Below are positions 28,208 to 36,630 of a DNA stretch of 64,000 nt, one piece after another. Both the position numbers and the translations under genes were made by a program. This stretch comes from Candidatus Micrarchaeaceae archaeon (GTDB lineage Bacteria; Chloroflexota; Dormibacteria; Aeolococcales; Bog-877), in NCBI GenBank assembly GCA_035531715.1, contig DATKSI010000010.1, positions 73,615 to 137,614 of the forward strand. Reading direction: 5' to 3'. The notes under the pieces were generated by a model. The model had not been told where the DNA came from, made no database searches, and saw only the letters and a program-made list of their open reading frames with translations. The first letter of the stretch is position 1. Each line of letters opens with the position of its first letter.

Positions 28208-29116
28208 TCAGCCCTCACCTTTGCGGGTGGCGATTGTATCCGGTACCGAGGAGAACGGGGCTGCGTGAGCGCCGTTCACCACGGCCCCGCCGAGCAGCCT
28301 CTGCCGGAGCAGGCCGACGGTTCCGCCCACCTCCTCCTGGAAGAACATGTGGCCGCGGCCCTCCAGCCAGACCAGCTGCGAGCCGCCGATGCCGGCCCGC
28401 AGAGCCTCAGCGTTGCCGGCCGGCATGACCGCGTCGGCGGTGCCATGCAGGATCAGGGTCGGGGAGCTGATCTGCCCCAGCCGGGCGCCTGCATCGTGGT
28501 GTCGGATCGCCTGCCAGTGCGCCTGGAACACCCCGGGGCGGACCGGGTGGTCGGCCCGCCACTGCACGGCGTCCTCGATCACCTCCGGATGCTCCGCCGC
28601 CCAGCGCGGCTCGTAAAGGACGGAGCAGGCGACCCGGTAGGCGGACGCGGGATCCTGAGCGTCTCCCCCCAACAGTCGGCGGGTCACCTCGGGATCGGGC
28701 CTCACCGCCAGCCGGCCTCCCGGCCCGGTGCAACCCAGAACCAGGGTGGAGACCAGTCGGGGGTATCGGATGGCCAGATTCTGGGCCACCATCCCGCCCA
28801 TCGAGACTCCGAACACGAAGGCCCCATGGGGGGCGAGATGGCGCAGAACGCTGGCCGCGTCGTCGGCCAGCAGCTCCATGGTGTAGGGACCGGGGGTGGC
28901 TTCGGACAGGCCGATCCCGCGCTGGTCGAGCACCAGACACTCGAACTGCTCCGCTAGCTGGGCCACGTTCCATACGAACGCGTGGTGGTCGGTACCCAGT
29001 CCCGGGATGAGGAGGAGAGGCGGACCGTGACCCACCACCCAAACCGCGAGCTCGGTGCCGTCCCCGGACTGGATGCGCCGGAGCTCTCCGGTGAGGGGCC
29101 AGTCCATCGACTCCAT
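28208..29116 (-). CDS. Alpha/beta-fold hydrolase
   Basis: HGPPLLLIPGLG oxyanion region, nucleophile elbow GVSMGG, and C-terminal GHMFFQE. The track ORF N-terminus (to 29401) overlaps rsmE, so I used the ATG at 29116 (MESMDWPL). Confidence 0.85.
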   Translation of the reverse strand: MESMDWPLTGELRRIQSGDGTELAVWVVGHGPPLLLIPGLGTDHHAFVWNVAQLAEQFECLVLDQRGIGLSEATPGPYTMELLADDAASVLRHLAPHGAFVFGVSMGGMVAQNLAIRYPRLVSTLVLGCTGPGGRLAVRPDPEVTRRLLGGDAQDPASAYRVACSVLYEPRWAAEHPEVIEDAVQWRADHPVRPGVFQAHWQAIRHHDAGARLGQISSPTLILHGTADAVMPAGNAEALRAGIGGSQLVWLEGRGHMFFQEEVGGTVGLLRQRLLGGAVVNGAHAAPFSSVPDTIATRKGEG

Positions 29117-29161
29117 GGTATCGGCCTCAGCTCGAATGACCCGGCTGGGTACACTCGGCCC

Positions 29162-29920
29162 ATGCCTCTCTTCTTCGTTCCCGCGGAGCAGGTGAGCGCC
29201 ACCGGCGAGGTCCACTTCATCGATCGCGACGCCTGGCACATCAGCCGTGTCTTGCGCTCGCGCCAGGGGGAGCTGGTGACCGTGGTCGTGGAGGATGGCA
29301 CCGAGCACGACGTCCGTCTGGAGACGTTGCGCTCGGATCAGGTGACCGGGGTGATCGTGGCCACCCGGCGGACCCGGCGCGAGGCCAGGGCTCAGCTGCA
29401 CGTGCTCCAGGCCCTTACCAAAGGGAAGGGAATGGCCACCGTCTGCGAGCAGGTGGCCGAGCTAGGGGCGGTCACCATCTGGCCGGTGCTGACCGAGCGC
29501 ACGATCCCTCGACCCGAGCCCGAGCAGGCGGCTCTACGGATCGAGCGCTGGCGCACGATCAGTCGGGAGGCGGCCCAGCTCGCGGGGCGGCACCGCATCC
29601 CGGAGGTGAGGCCGATCGCCCCGATCCTGGACTCGCTGCAGACCCTCCGCCAGGCGGAGCCCCAGCTGCAGGCCTTCACCTGCCACGACGGGGAGCTCCG
29701 CCAGGGGCTGAACTCGGTGGCCTGGGATAGCCACCTGCCCACTGCCGTCCTGATCGGGCCCGAGGGTGGCTTCGCCCCGGCCGAGGTGCAGGAATTGGCT
29801 AGCCAAGGATCCCGGCCGGTCTCCCTGGGGCCCCGAAATCTGCGCACCACCATGGCGGCGGGAGTAGCCATCACCGTGCTGCTGGCCCGGGCCGGGGATC
29901 TGGAGGCCCAGGGGGGCTGA
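29162..29920 (+). CDS. rsmE: 16S rRNA (uracil1498-N3)-methyltransferase
   Basis: MPLFFVP..HISRVLR N-terminus and the C-terminal IGPEGGF..E and LGPRNLR motifs of the RsmE family. ATG at 29162 chosen within the longer track ORF. Confidence 0.88.
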   Translation: MPLFFVPAEQVSATGEVHFIDRDAWHISRVLRSRQGELVTVVVEDGTEHDVRLETLRSDQVTGVIVATRRTRREARAQLHVLQALTKGKGMATVCEQVAELGAVTIWPVLTERTIPRPEPEQAALRIERWRTISREAAQLAGRHRIPEVRPIAPILDSLQTLRQAEPQLQAFTCHDGELRQGLNSVAWDSHLPTAVLIGPEGGFAPAEVQELASQGSRPVSLGPRNLRTTMAAGVAITVLLARAGDLEAQGG

Positions 29921-29942
29921 TGACGCGGTCGGACGGCCGCTC

Positions 29943-31019
29943 TTGACCCTGAAGTTCGCCGCCGAGCGCCGGATTACGACCTTTCGCCCGCCGGCGGGGT
30001 CTCCGGATCAGCGGCCGGTGCGGCGTTACTCCGAACTGAGGCGTGATCCGCTGACCGGCCGGAGCGGCCGGGTCGCTCACTTCGCGGGCTTCCAGCTGGA
30101 GCCTCCCGATCTCTCCCAGGTGGTGGAGAGATCGCGGGCCAGCTGCCCTTTCTGCCCGGAGCGCCTCCTCCAAGTGACGCCCCGCTTGCCCCGGTCGATC
30201 GCGGCCGAGGGCCGGATCCACCGAGGTGAGGCGACGGTCTTTCCCAACCTCTCCCCCTACGACCGGCACAGCGTGGTGGTGACCCTCACCCAGGAACACT
30301 TTGTCGCGGCGGACCAGTTCACCGAGACCCAGCTGGCCGACGGACTGCTGGCGGCGATCGAGTACTTTCGCTCCCTGCCCCAGGTCGCCCGGGGCAGCCA
30401 TGCGGTGGTGACCTGGAACTACATGCCCCCCGCCGGCGCGACCCAGGTCCACCCGCACCTGCAGGCCTTCTCCACCAACCGTCCCGGCGCGCTGCTGCAG
30501 GAAGAGGTGCGCCAGAGCCGGCGCTATTGGCGGCGGCTCCACTCGCCCTACTGGGCGGAGCTGGTCGCGGCGGAGCGGACCGCCGGCCAACGCTTCATCG
30601 CCCAGGGGCCCCACACGGCCTGGCTAACCGCCTTTGTGTCCCGCAGCGTGGTCTCGGATCTGCTGACTCTCTTTCCCGACGTGGCCTACCTGGAGACCCT
30701 CTCCGCGAGCGCAGTGGCCGAGTTCGCCACCGGACTCAAGGCGGCGCTGGCAGCCTTCCACCAGGAAGGGGTGCGCGCCTTCAATCTGGCGCTCTATGCG
30801 GCACCCACCCAGGAGCGGACGCCCCATTTCTGGCTGCACGCCCGGGTCTCGCCGCGGATTTACTTCAACCCGGCCATTGAAGGCTCGGACGCTACCGCCT
30901 GGCAACACCTCCTGGACGAGCCCTTCATGGTGCGGAGCCCGGAGGCGCTGGCAGCGCGGCTCCGCGAAAAGTTGGGGTCGCTGTTTTCCGAATCAGGGAC
31001 CCCTCCCCAACCACAGTGA
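29943..31019 (+). CDS. Galactose-1-phosphate uridylyltransferase-like (GalT / HIT superfamily nucleotidyltransferase)
   Basis: RRDPLTG near the N-terminus, CPFCPE zinc-type motif, and the HPHLQ histidine triad-like active site. Confidence 0.7.
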   Translation: MTLKFAAERRITTFRPPAGSPDQRPVRRYSELRRDPLTGRSGRVAHFAGFQLEPPDLSQVVERSRASCPFCPERLLQVTPRLPRSIAAEGRIHRGEATVFPNLSPYDRHSVVVTLTQEHFVAADQFTETQLADGLLAAIEYFRSLPQVARGSHAVVTWNYMPPAGATQVHPHLQAFSTNRPGALLQEEVRQSRRYWRRLHSPYWAELVAAERTAGQRFIAQGPHTAWLTAFVSRSVVSDLLTLFPDVAYLETLSASAVAEFATGLKAALAAFHQEGVRAFNLALYAAPTQERTPHFWLHARVSPRIYFNPAIEGSDATAWQHLLDEPFMVRSPEALAARLREKLGSLFSESGTPPQPQ

Positions 31020-31021
31020 CC

Positions 31022-31045
31022 CTGGACCGGGAGGTCCCGGTCCAG
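31022..31045. terminator. Hairpin CTGGACCGGGA-GG-TCCCGGTCCAG between convergent genes
   Basis: Perfect 11-nt inverted repeat starting 3 nt after the galT-like stop and 31 nt beyond the hsp20 stop. No U-tract. Confidence 0.5.
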
Positions 31046-31075
31046 AGGCCCTTGGGCGGTTGAGCCCGAACTGGA

Positions 31076-31573
31076 TCAGCCGGGACTGGTCGCCGTCATC
31101 GGAGCGACCGGCTCGGAGGGGGAGTCGGCAATCGAAATGGGGGAGTCCACCTCGATCTTGACCCGCGTGGGTGCTGGCGCCGCCACCCGGGGGATGCGGA
31201 CGGTTAGCACGCCGTTGACAAAGCGGGCGCTGATCTCGCTCGCGCGCACCTCCGTGGGTAAGGTGAGCTGCCGAAAGAAGGAGAGCTGCCGGCGCTCGCG
31301 GCGCAGGTAGCGACCTTCGGGCAGCGCCTCGACCTTGCGCTCGCCGCGGATGGTCAGGGTGCCTTGATCGGAGACCACCTCGATCTCCTCCGGATTAAAT
31401 CCGGGAACCGAGGCTTCCAGAACAAACTCCCTCTCGGTCTGCCGAACATCGAGGGGCAGGTACACCGCCGGGGCGGTGCCTCGGAGTTCGGTCGCATTCG
31501 AATCGTCGCTGCGGTACGGGGTGATCTCAGGGGGCGCGAAGAGGAGCTCGCGCCAAGCCTCCCAACCGGTCAT
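31076..31573 (-). CDS. Hsp20/alpha-crystallin family small heat shock protein
   Basis: Alpha-crystallin domain (FVLEASVPGFNPEEIEVV, GTLTIRGERK, FVNGVLTVRIPR). The ATG at 31573 is 10 nt from a GGAGG; the track ORF starts at 31594. Confidence 0.9.
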   Translation of the reverse strand: MTGWEAWRELLFAPPEITPYRSDDSNATELRGTAPAVYLPLDVRQTEREFVLEASVPGFNPEEIEVVSDQGTLTIRGERKVEALPEGRYLRRERRQLSFFRQLTLPTEVRASEISARFVNGVLTVRIPRVAAPAPTRVKIEVDSPISIADSPSEPVAPMTATSPG

Positions 31574-31673
31574 AGTCATCATCCTCCGTTGCAAGAAATG
31601 CCATCTTCTGCTGGGCTTTCGAGCCCTTGGAGACTTGATACCCCGCGCCCTGCCCCGTCAAACCTGGGCGCCG

Positions 31674-32789
31674 CTACAGCCCGATGGCGTCCTTCAAGTT
31701 CTCGAAGAACCCCTTGCGCACCGGGTGAGGCTTGCCGTCGGGCGGCGACAGCTCCTGCAGCAATGCCCGCTCGTGCTCGGTGAGCCGGGTGGGAATCACC
31801 ACGCGCAGTCGGACCACCTGGTCGCCCCGACGGCCGGTGCGGGGGTCGGGGGCGCCCTTACCGGGAAGCCTCACCTGCTGCCCGTACTGACTGCCTGCCT
31901 TGACCACCATGGGGACGGGCCCGTCCACCGTGGGGACCACGATCGTGTCGCCCAGCGCGGCCTGGGAGAAGGTGATCGGGCACTCGTAGACGATGGTCAT
32001 CCCCCGGCGTTGCAGCTCCTCATGAGGTCGCACGGTGATCAGCAGATAGAGGTCGCCGGGCGGCCCCCCGCGGGGACCGGCCGCGCCCTCGGCAGGCACC
32101 CGCACCCGCATCTCGTTGTCCACGCCCGGGGGGATCTGGACCTCAAGCTCCTTGGGGGACTCGACCAGACCCTGACCGCGACACTGAGGACAGGGCGACT
32201 CAATCATCTGGCCCTCGCCCTGGCAACGCGGGCAGGCCTCGACCGTCACCATCTGGCCGAGCAGGGTCTGCCGCGCCCGCTGAACCTGACCCTGACCACC
32301 GCAGTCGGGACAGGTGACCGCGCCGGTCCCCGCCTTGGCTCCGGTTCCGCCGCACTCCGGGCAAGGGGTGTGGCGGTTGATCTCGAAGGTACGGGTAACC
32401 CCGCGAATCGCGTCCTCAAAGTCGATCGTCACCTGGAGTTGGAGGTCGCTGCCCCGCCGCGGCCCTCCGCGGCGGCGCTGGGCCGACGCTCCCCCGGCGA
32501 AGAACATGTCAAACAGGTCGAAGGCCGACTGGAAGTTGAAGCCAGCGCCGCCGCCCATCGCTTCGCCGGAATGCCCAAAGGCGTCGTAGCGCTGGCGCCG
32601 GTCGGGATCGGAGAGCACCTGGTAGGCCTCACCGATCTCCTTGAAATTGTCCTCGGCCTGGTGGTCCCCCGGGTTGCGATCGGGGTGGTACCGCATCGCC
32701 AGGCCGCGATAGGCGCGCTTCAGCTCGGCGGGGGTAGCTTGACGGTCGACGCCCAGAACTTCGTAGTAGTCGCGTTTGGTCTGGGGCAT
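31674..32789 (-). CDS. dnaJ: Molecular chaperone DnaJ
   Basis: J domain (DYYEVLGV, YHPDRN) and four CxxCxGxG repeats (CPECGGTG, CPDCGGQG, CPRCQGEG, CPQCRGQG). Confidence 0.96.
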   Translation of the reverse strand: MPQTKRDYYEVLGVDRQATPAELKRAYRGLAMRYHPDRNPGDHQAEDNFKEIGEAYQVLSDPDRRQRYDAFGHSGEAMGGGAGFNFQSAFDLFDMFFAGGASAQRRRGGPRRGSDLQLQVTIDFEDAIRGVTRTFEINRHTPCPECGGTGAKAGTGAVTCPDCGGQGQVQRARQTLLGQMVTVEACPRCQGEGQMIESPCPQCRGQGLVESPKELEVQIPPGVDNEMRVRVPAEGAAGPRGGPPGDLYLLITVRPHEELQRRGMTIVYECPITFSQAALGDTIVVPTVDGPVPMVVKAGSQYGQQVRLPGKGAPDPRTGRRGDQVVRLRVVIPTRLTEHERALLQELSPPDGKPHPVRKGFFENLKDAIGL

Positions 32790-32792
32790 CTC

Positions 32793-33413
32793 CTAGTTGG
32801 GCGATGGCTCGTCGGCGGGAAGGGCGCGGGCGGCCCCCGCACCCCTGCTTGGGGTGGGGTCCGGCTGTCCCTCGGCCACGCTCACCTGGGCGGGTCGCAC
32901 CACCCGGTCGAAGATCTGGTACCCCGGGGCCAGCTCGGCCACCACCGTGCCCGGGGTAGCGTCGCCGGCCGGGACCGAGAGGACCGCGTCGTGCAGTCGG
33001 GGATCGAACGGCTGGCCCACCGACTCGATCCGTCGAATCCCCTGGGAGGCGAGCGCGTCGTCGAGCTGTTTGGCCGTCAGCCGCAGCCCTTCGGCCAGCC
33101 CGTCCTTGGCCTCGGCCGGAATGTGGGCGACCGCTCGGGCCAGATTGTCGAGGCCGGGGAGGAGCGCCTGAAGTAACCCGATCGAGCCGTACCTTGCCTG
33201 CTCCTCGCCCTCTTGGGCCTTGCGGCGGCGGTGATTCTCGAAGTCCGCCGCCAGCCGCAGGTAGGTGGCGTTGAGCTTTTCCAGCTCCGCTTCCAGCTCC
33301 GCCATCCTGGCCGGCTCGCTCGACCCGCCGGCCGCTGGCTCTGCCCTTTTCTGCGGCTCGCCTGAACTCTTGACCTTAGCCGCAGTCATTCGATCCCCTT
33401 TTTTTTCCGCCAC
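32793..33413 (-). CDS. grpE: Nucleotide exchange factor GrpE
   Basis: 206 aa. YLRLAADFENHRRR and FDPRLHDAV motifs. Confidence 0.93.
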   Translation of the reverse strand: MAEKKGDRMTAAKVKSSGEPQKRAEPAAGGSSEPARMAELEAELEKLNATYLRLAADFENHRRRKAQEGEEQARYGSIGLLQALLPGLDNLARAVAHIPAEAKDGLAEGLRLTAKQLDDALASQGIRRIESVGQPFDPRLHDAVLSVPAGDATPGTVVAELAPGYQIFDRVVRPAQVSVAEGQPDPTPSRGAGAARALPADEPSPN

Positions 33414-33416
33414 AGC

Positions 33417-34433
33417 TCACGCCAGCAGCCTGGTCAGGGCGTCTCCGGTGGCCCGGGAGACCAGCTGCAGCCGCGCCGCCACCTGGCCGTATCGGATCCG
33501 GGTGGGTCCGACCACGCCGATGGTCCCCCAGAGCTGATCGCCGGCCTGATAGCTGGTCAGCACCAGGCTGCACTCGCGCAGCTCGGCGACCGTGTTTTCA
33601 TGGCCGATGAGCACCTGCATTCCCGCTTGGGGGGCCAGCTGCGCCAGCACGTCGCCCAAGATGCGCTGGGCCTCCAGGACCTCGAGGACGGCCCGCAACC
33701 GGACCGGGTCCTCGAACTCGGGTTGGCGGACCAGATTGCGCACTCCGTCGTGAATCACCAGCGCCGAGCGGGTGGCGAGCTGCCGCAGCCCCCGGGCGAT
33801 GTCCTGACCCAGCGCCTGCAGTCCGGGCGCCAGTCCAGCCACCATGGGGGCCGCTTCCACCTCCTCGGCCGACATCCCTCGGTACATCTCGTTGAGCCGC
33901 TTGGCCCACCCGCTCAACTCGTCCTGGTCCACGAGAAGGTCAATCTCGATCAGTCGCTGAAAGGCGGCGTTGCCGGTCGCGACCTCCACCATCAACGCCT
34001 GCCCCGGTCGGATCAGGACCAGATCCAGGTGCCGCAGCCGGCTGGTGGCGTTGGCCGGGCCGGTGACCACCGCCACGTTCTCGCTGAGCCGACTCAGCAT
34101 CGCGGCGGCCACCTCGAGCACCGCCTCCACATCGTGGTCCGCGGCCTCGAACCCCTGTCGCACATGGCGCCGAAGTTGGGGATCGACCACCTCCTGGGGC
34201 AGGAGGAAGTCCACGAAGTAACGGTATCCCTGGTCGGTTGGGATCCGACCCGCCGAGGCGTGCGGCTGGGCCAGGAATCCGTCGTCCACCAGTTCGGACA
34301 GCTCGTTGCGGATCGTGGCCGAACTCAGCTCCAGGAAATACCTGGCGGCGAGCGCGTGGGAACCCACCGGAACCACGGTCTCGGTGTAGTCGGAGACGAC
34401 TGCTCGCAGAATCCGCTCTTTGCGCTGGTCCAT
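33417..34433 (-). CDS. hrcA: Heat-inducible transcription repressor HrcA
   Basis: 338 aa. N-terminal winged-helix (RKERILRAVVSDYTETVVPVGS, ATIRNELSEL). CIRCE lies directly upstream. Confidence 0.94.
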   Translation of the reverse strand: MDQRKERILRAVVSDYTETVVPVGSHALAARYFLELSSATIRNELSELVDDGFLAQPHASAGRIPTDQGYRYFVDFLLPQEVVDPQLRRHVRQGFEAADHDVEAVLEVAAAMLSRLSENVAVVTGPANATSRLRHLDLVLIRPGQALMVEVATGNAAFQRLIEIDLLVDQDELSGWAKRLNEMYRGMSAEEVEAAPMVAGLAPGLQALGQDIARGLRQLATRSALVIHDGVRNLVRQPEFEDPVRLRAVLEVLEAQRILGDVLAQLAPQAGMQVLIGHENTVAELRECSLVLTSYQAGDQLWGTIGVVGPTRIRYGQVAARLQLVSRATGDALTRLLA

Positions 34434-34456
34434 TCCAGATCTACCTCAGGCCCTGG

Positions 34457-34483
34457 TTAGCACTCCACCACGCCGAGTGCTAA
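34457..34483. promoter_or_regulatory. CIRCE operator (HrcA binding site), perfect consensus
   Basis: TTAGCACTC-N9-GAGTGCTAA read directly at 34457-34483, 24 nt upstream of the hrcA ATG. Confidence 0.93.
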
Positions 34484-34487
34484 CGGC

Positions 34488-34516
34488 AGTTTAGCACAGG
34501 CGTTCTGTCGGTCGAA
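34488..34516 (-). promoter_or_regulatory. Putative hrcA promoter (-35 TTCGAC, 17-nt spacer, extended -10 TGcTAAACT)
   Basis: Read on the minus strand: ttcgac cgacagaacgcctgtgc taaact. The -10 overlaps an extra CIRCE half-site (GTGCTAA). Motif match only. Confidence 0.4.
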
Positions 34517-34566
34517 CCGATCGCAGCGATCTCTGAGCCGGGGTATCGCCACGCTAACATCACCGC

Positions 34567-35370
34567 ATGGGCTCCCGCCCGACGCCCCCAGCCGAACTCC
34601 AACCGGCCGCCCAGCACCGGCACCGGGACATCAACCCGGCCGAGGGGTCGGAACGGGAGCGGCTGGCCCGTCGGACCGGCATCCGCGAAGTGGTTTTCGG
34701 GGTGCAGGACGGCCTCTTGACCACCCTCGGCCTCACCACCGGCGTGGCCACCGCCACGGCGGGCACGGCGGTCGCCCACACCACCATCCTGATCGCCGGT
34801 CTGCTGGGCGCCCTGGCCGGGATGATCTCGATGGGGACCGGAGCCTATCTGGCCACGACCGCGGCTCGGGACCTGAAGCACCAGGCGATCCACAAGGAAC
34901 GGGACGAGCTGCAGAGCAAGCCGCAGGAGGAGCTCGCCGAGATGGTCGCCATCCTCGCCGAGCGCGGAGTCCCTGCCGACGAGGCTGTGCGGCTCTCCGA
35001 GTCATTGGCGCGCTACCCGCAGCTCTGGGAGGAGACCCATATCGAGAAGGAGCTGGGCATCTCGAGCCAGCTCCACGACGCTCCAGTCCGGGATGGCTTG
35101 CTGATGGCTGGGACCTTCCTGCTGGGCGCGATCCTGCCGATCCTCTCCTACATTTTCATGACCGGACTGCCCGCCGTGCTGGTGTCGCTACTGCTGTCGG
35201 GAATCGGCCTGGCGGCGGTGGGAGTGCTGAAGGCCGCGGTCACCGGTCAGCGACTCTGGTTCGGAGGGGCGCAGGTGCTGGCGGTGGGGACCGTAGCCGC
35301 CCTGGCCGGCTATGTGTTCGGAGTGCTCTTGCCGCACGCGTTCGGGCTTCACCTTCCGGCCACCGGGTGA
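34567..35370 (+). CDS. VIT1/CCC1-family iron/manganese transporter
   Basis: REVVFGVQDGLLTTLGLTTGVA motif, a central helical insert, and C-terminal TM helices. Confidence 0.8.
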   Translation: MGSRPTPPAELQPAAQHRHRDINPAEGSERERLARRTGIREVVFGVQDGLLTTLGLTTGVATATAGTAVAHTTILIAGLLGALAGMISMGTGAYLATTAARDLKHQAIHKERDELQSKPQEELAEMVAILAERGVPADEAVRLSESLARYPQLWEETHIEKELGISSQLHDAPVRDGLLMAGTFLLGAILPILSYIFMTGLPAVLVSLLLSGIGLAAVGVLKAAVTGQRLWFGGAQVLAVGTVAALAGYVFGVLLPHAFGLHLPATG

Positions 35371-36630
35371 GGGAGGTCCGGCCGGAGCTGCGGCTGCCAC
35401 CGGCACCCGGCGGCGCTGGGCGGCGCCTTCGACCTCCGCGACGCCGGGCTTGGCGGCCACCAGCTCCAAGGTGAGCCGGTCCAGCACCTCGACCCCCCGC
35501 GCGGTCGCGACGGCCCGCCGGCCCTCGATCGTCAGCAGCCCCAGTTGGGCAAGGCGGCCCGCCACCGTGAGCTGGTGGGAAAGCCTCAGTTCGACGCCAG
35601 CCCGCAGCCGGAGGCCGCAGGCCACCCGCTCCATCTCCGCCTGCTGCTGATCAATCCCCTCGTGGCCACGGCGCCCGTGGCCCCGCCTCGCGACCTCCTT
35701 GATGTACGTGGCGGCACTGCGAAAGTTCCAGTACCGGACTGCCACCCGGTCGCTGTCGACCGCTAACCCGAGGGCCCGCGCCGCCTGGAGGCCGACGAAC
35801 CCGTGAGCTCCACACCCCGCGGCCAGGTAGTTGCGCCCGAGCCAGTAGGTCAGGTTGTGGCGGGACTCGTGACCGGGCCGGGCATAGTTGCTCACCTCGT
35901 ATTGCCTGAGGCCAGCTGCCTGCAACCGGTCTCGGGCCAGGCGGTGCTGCTCGATGAACTCCGGCTCGGTCGGCGCCGAAACTCGGCCTTGGGCGACCCA
36001 CCGGGCCAGCGGGGTGCCCGGCTCGACGGTCAGCTCATAACAGGATATGTGGCTTGGGGAGAAGCTGAGAAGCCGCTCTAATCCGGTTGCGAAAACTGCG
36101 GTGGGCTGGGTCGGCACCGCGTAAATCAGGTCGCAGCTGAGGTTCTCCAGGCCGGCATCGACCGCCGCCCTGAGCGCCCGCTCGGCGGTCTTCCCGTCGT
36201 GGTTGCGGCCCAGCCAATGCAGGGTCGCGTCATCCAGGCTCTGGACTCCCAGACTCAACCGATTGATCCCCAAGCCCCGCCAGCTGCGACAGCGGGCTTC
36301 GGTGAGTCCGGTTGGGTTCGCCTCGAGGGTGATCTCGGCTCCCGGGGCGATCCCGAAGCGCTGCGCGACCGCCGCCAAGATCCGCCCCAAGAGCGCCGGC
36401 TCCAGCAGCCCTGGGGTACCCCCGCCCAGGTAGATGGTCTCCAGGCCCCCGGGTGGCTGGCCGGCGGCGGTCAGGTGATCCACCTCGCGGATCAGCGCCT
36501 CGACATAGGGCTGACGTAGTTGTTCCCCGCCGATATGAATGGCGAAGTCGCAGTAGGGGCAGCGGGTGTCGCAGAAGGGAATGTGGAGGTAGAGGCTGCG
36601 CGCCGTGCCGGGGGCCACCTCAGCGGTCAA
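35188..36630 (-). CDS. hemW: Radical SAM family heme chaperone HemW (HemN-like, oxygen-independent coproporphyrinogen oxidase-like)
   Basis: [17 protein letters not shown] (CxxxCxxC). lepA-hemW synteny as in Bacillus. About 95 extra low-complexity C-terminal residues overlap the convergent VIT gene. Confidence 0.88.
   Translation of the reverse strand: MTAEVAPGTARSLYLHIPFCDTRCPYCDFAIHIGGEQLRQPYVEALIREVDHLTAAGQPPGGLETIYLGGGTPGLLEPALLGRILAAVAQRFGIAPGAEITLEANPTGLTEARCRSWRGLGINRLSLGVQSLDDATLHWLGRNHDGKTAERALRAAVDAGLENLSCDLIYAVPTQPTAVFATGLERLLSFSPSHISCYELTVEPGTPLARWVAQGRVSAPTEPEFIEQHRLARDRLQAAGLRQYEVSNYARPGHESRHNLTYWLGRNYLAAGCGAHGFVGLQAARALGLAVDSDRVAVRYWNFRSAATYIKEVARRGHGRRGHEGIDQQQAEMERVACGLRLRAGVELRLSHQLTVAGRLAQLGLLTIEGRRAVATARGVEVLDRLTLELVAAKPGVAEVEGAAQRRRVPVAAAAPAGPPSPGGRKVKPERVRQEHSEHIAGQGGYGPHRQHLRPSEPESLTGDRGLQHSHRRQADSRQQ

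Noticed and set aside
29117-29401. N-terminal extension of the alpha/beta hydrolase ORF (to 29401). Likewise the extensions of rsmE (28982..29161), pgl (53137..53442), panC (17955..18074) and rpe (52385..52426).
   Set aside because: The extensions overlap neighbouring well-supported genes and are low-complexity. Internal ATGs give normal family lengths and sensible overlaps or spacing.
29871-30614. 247-aa minus-strand ORF opposite the galT-like gene, and 39105..39821 opposite the GNAT gene.
   Set aside because: Gly/Arg/Pro/Leu-rich translations with no motifs. The opposite-strand genes carry family motifs (CPFCPE/HPHLQ; GNAT motif A).
31613-31626. Small hairpin GGGCT-TTCG-AGCCC between dnaJ and hsp20, as a possible terminator or thermosensor.
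   Set aside because: Only a 5-bp stem with no U-tract, too weak to call. hsp20 may simply be co-transcribed with dnaJ or have its own unrecognised promoter.
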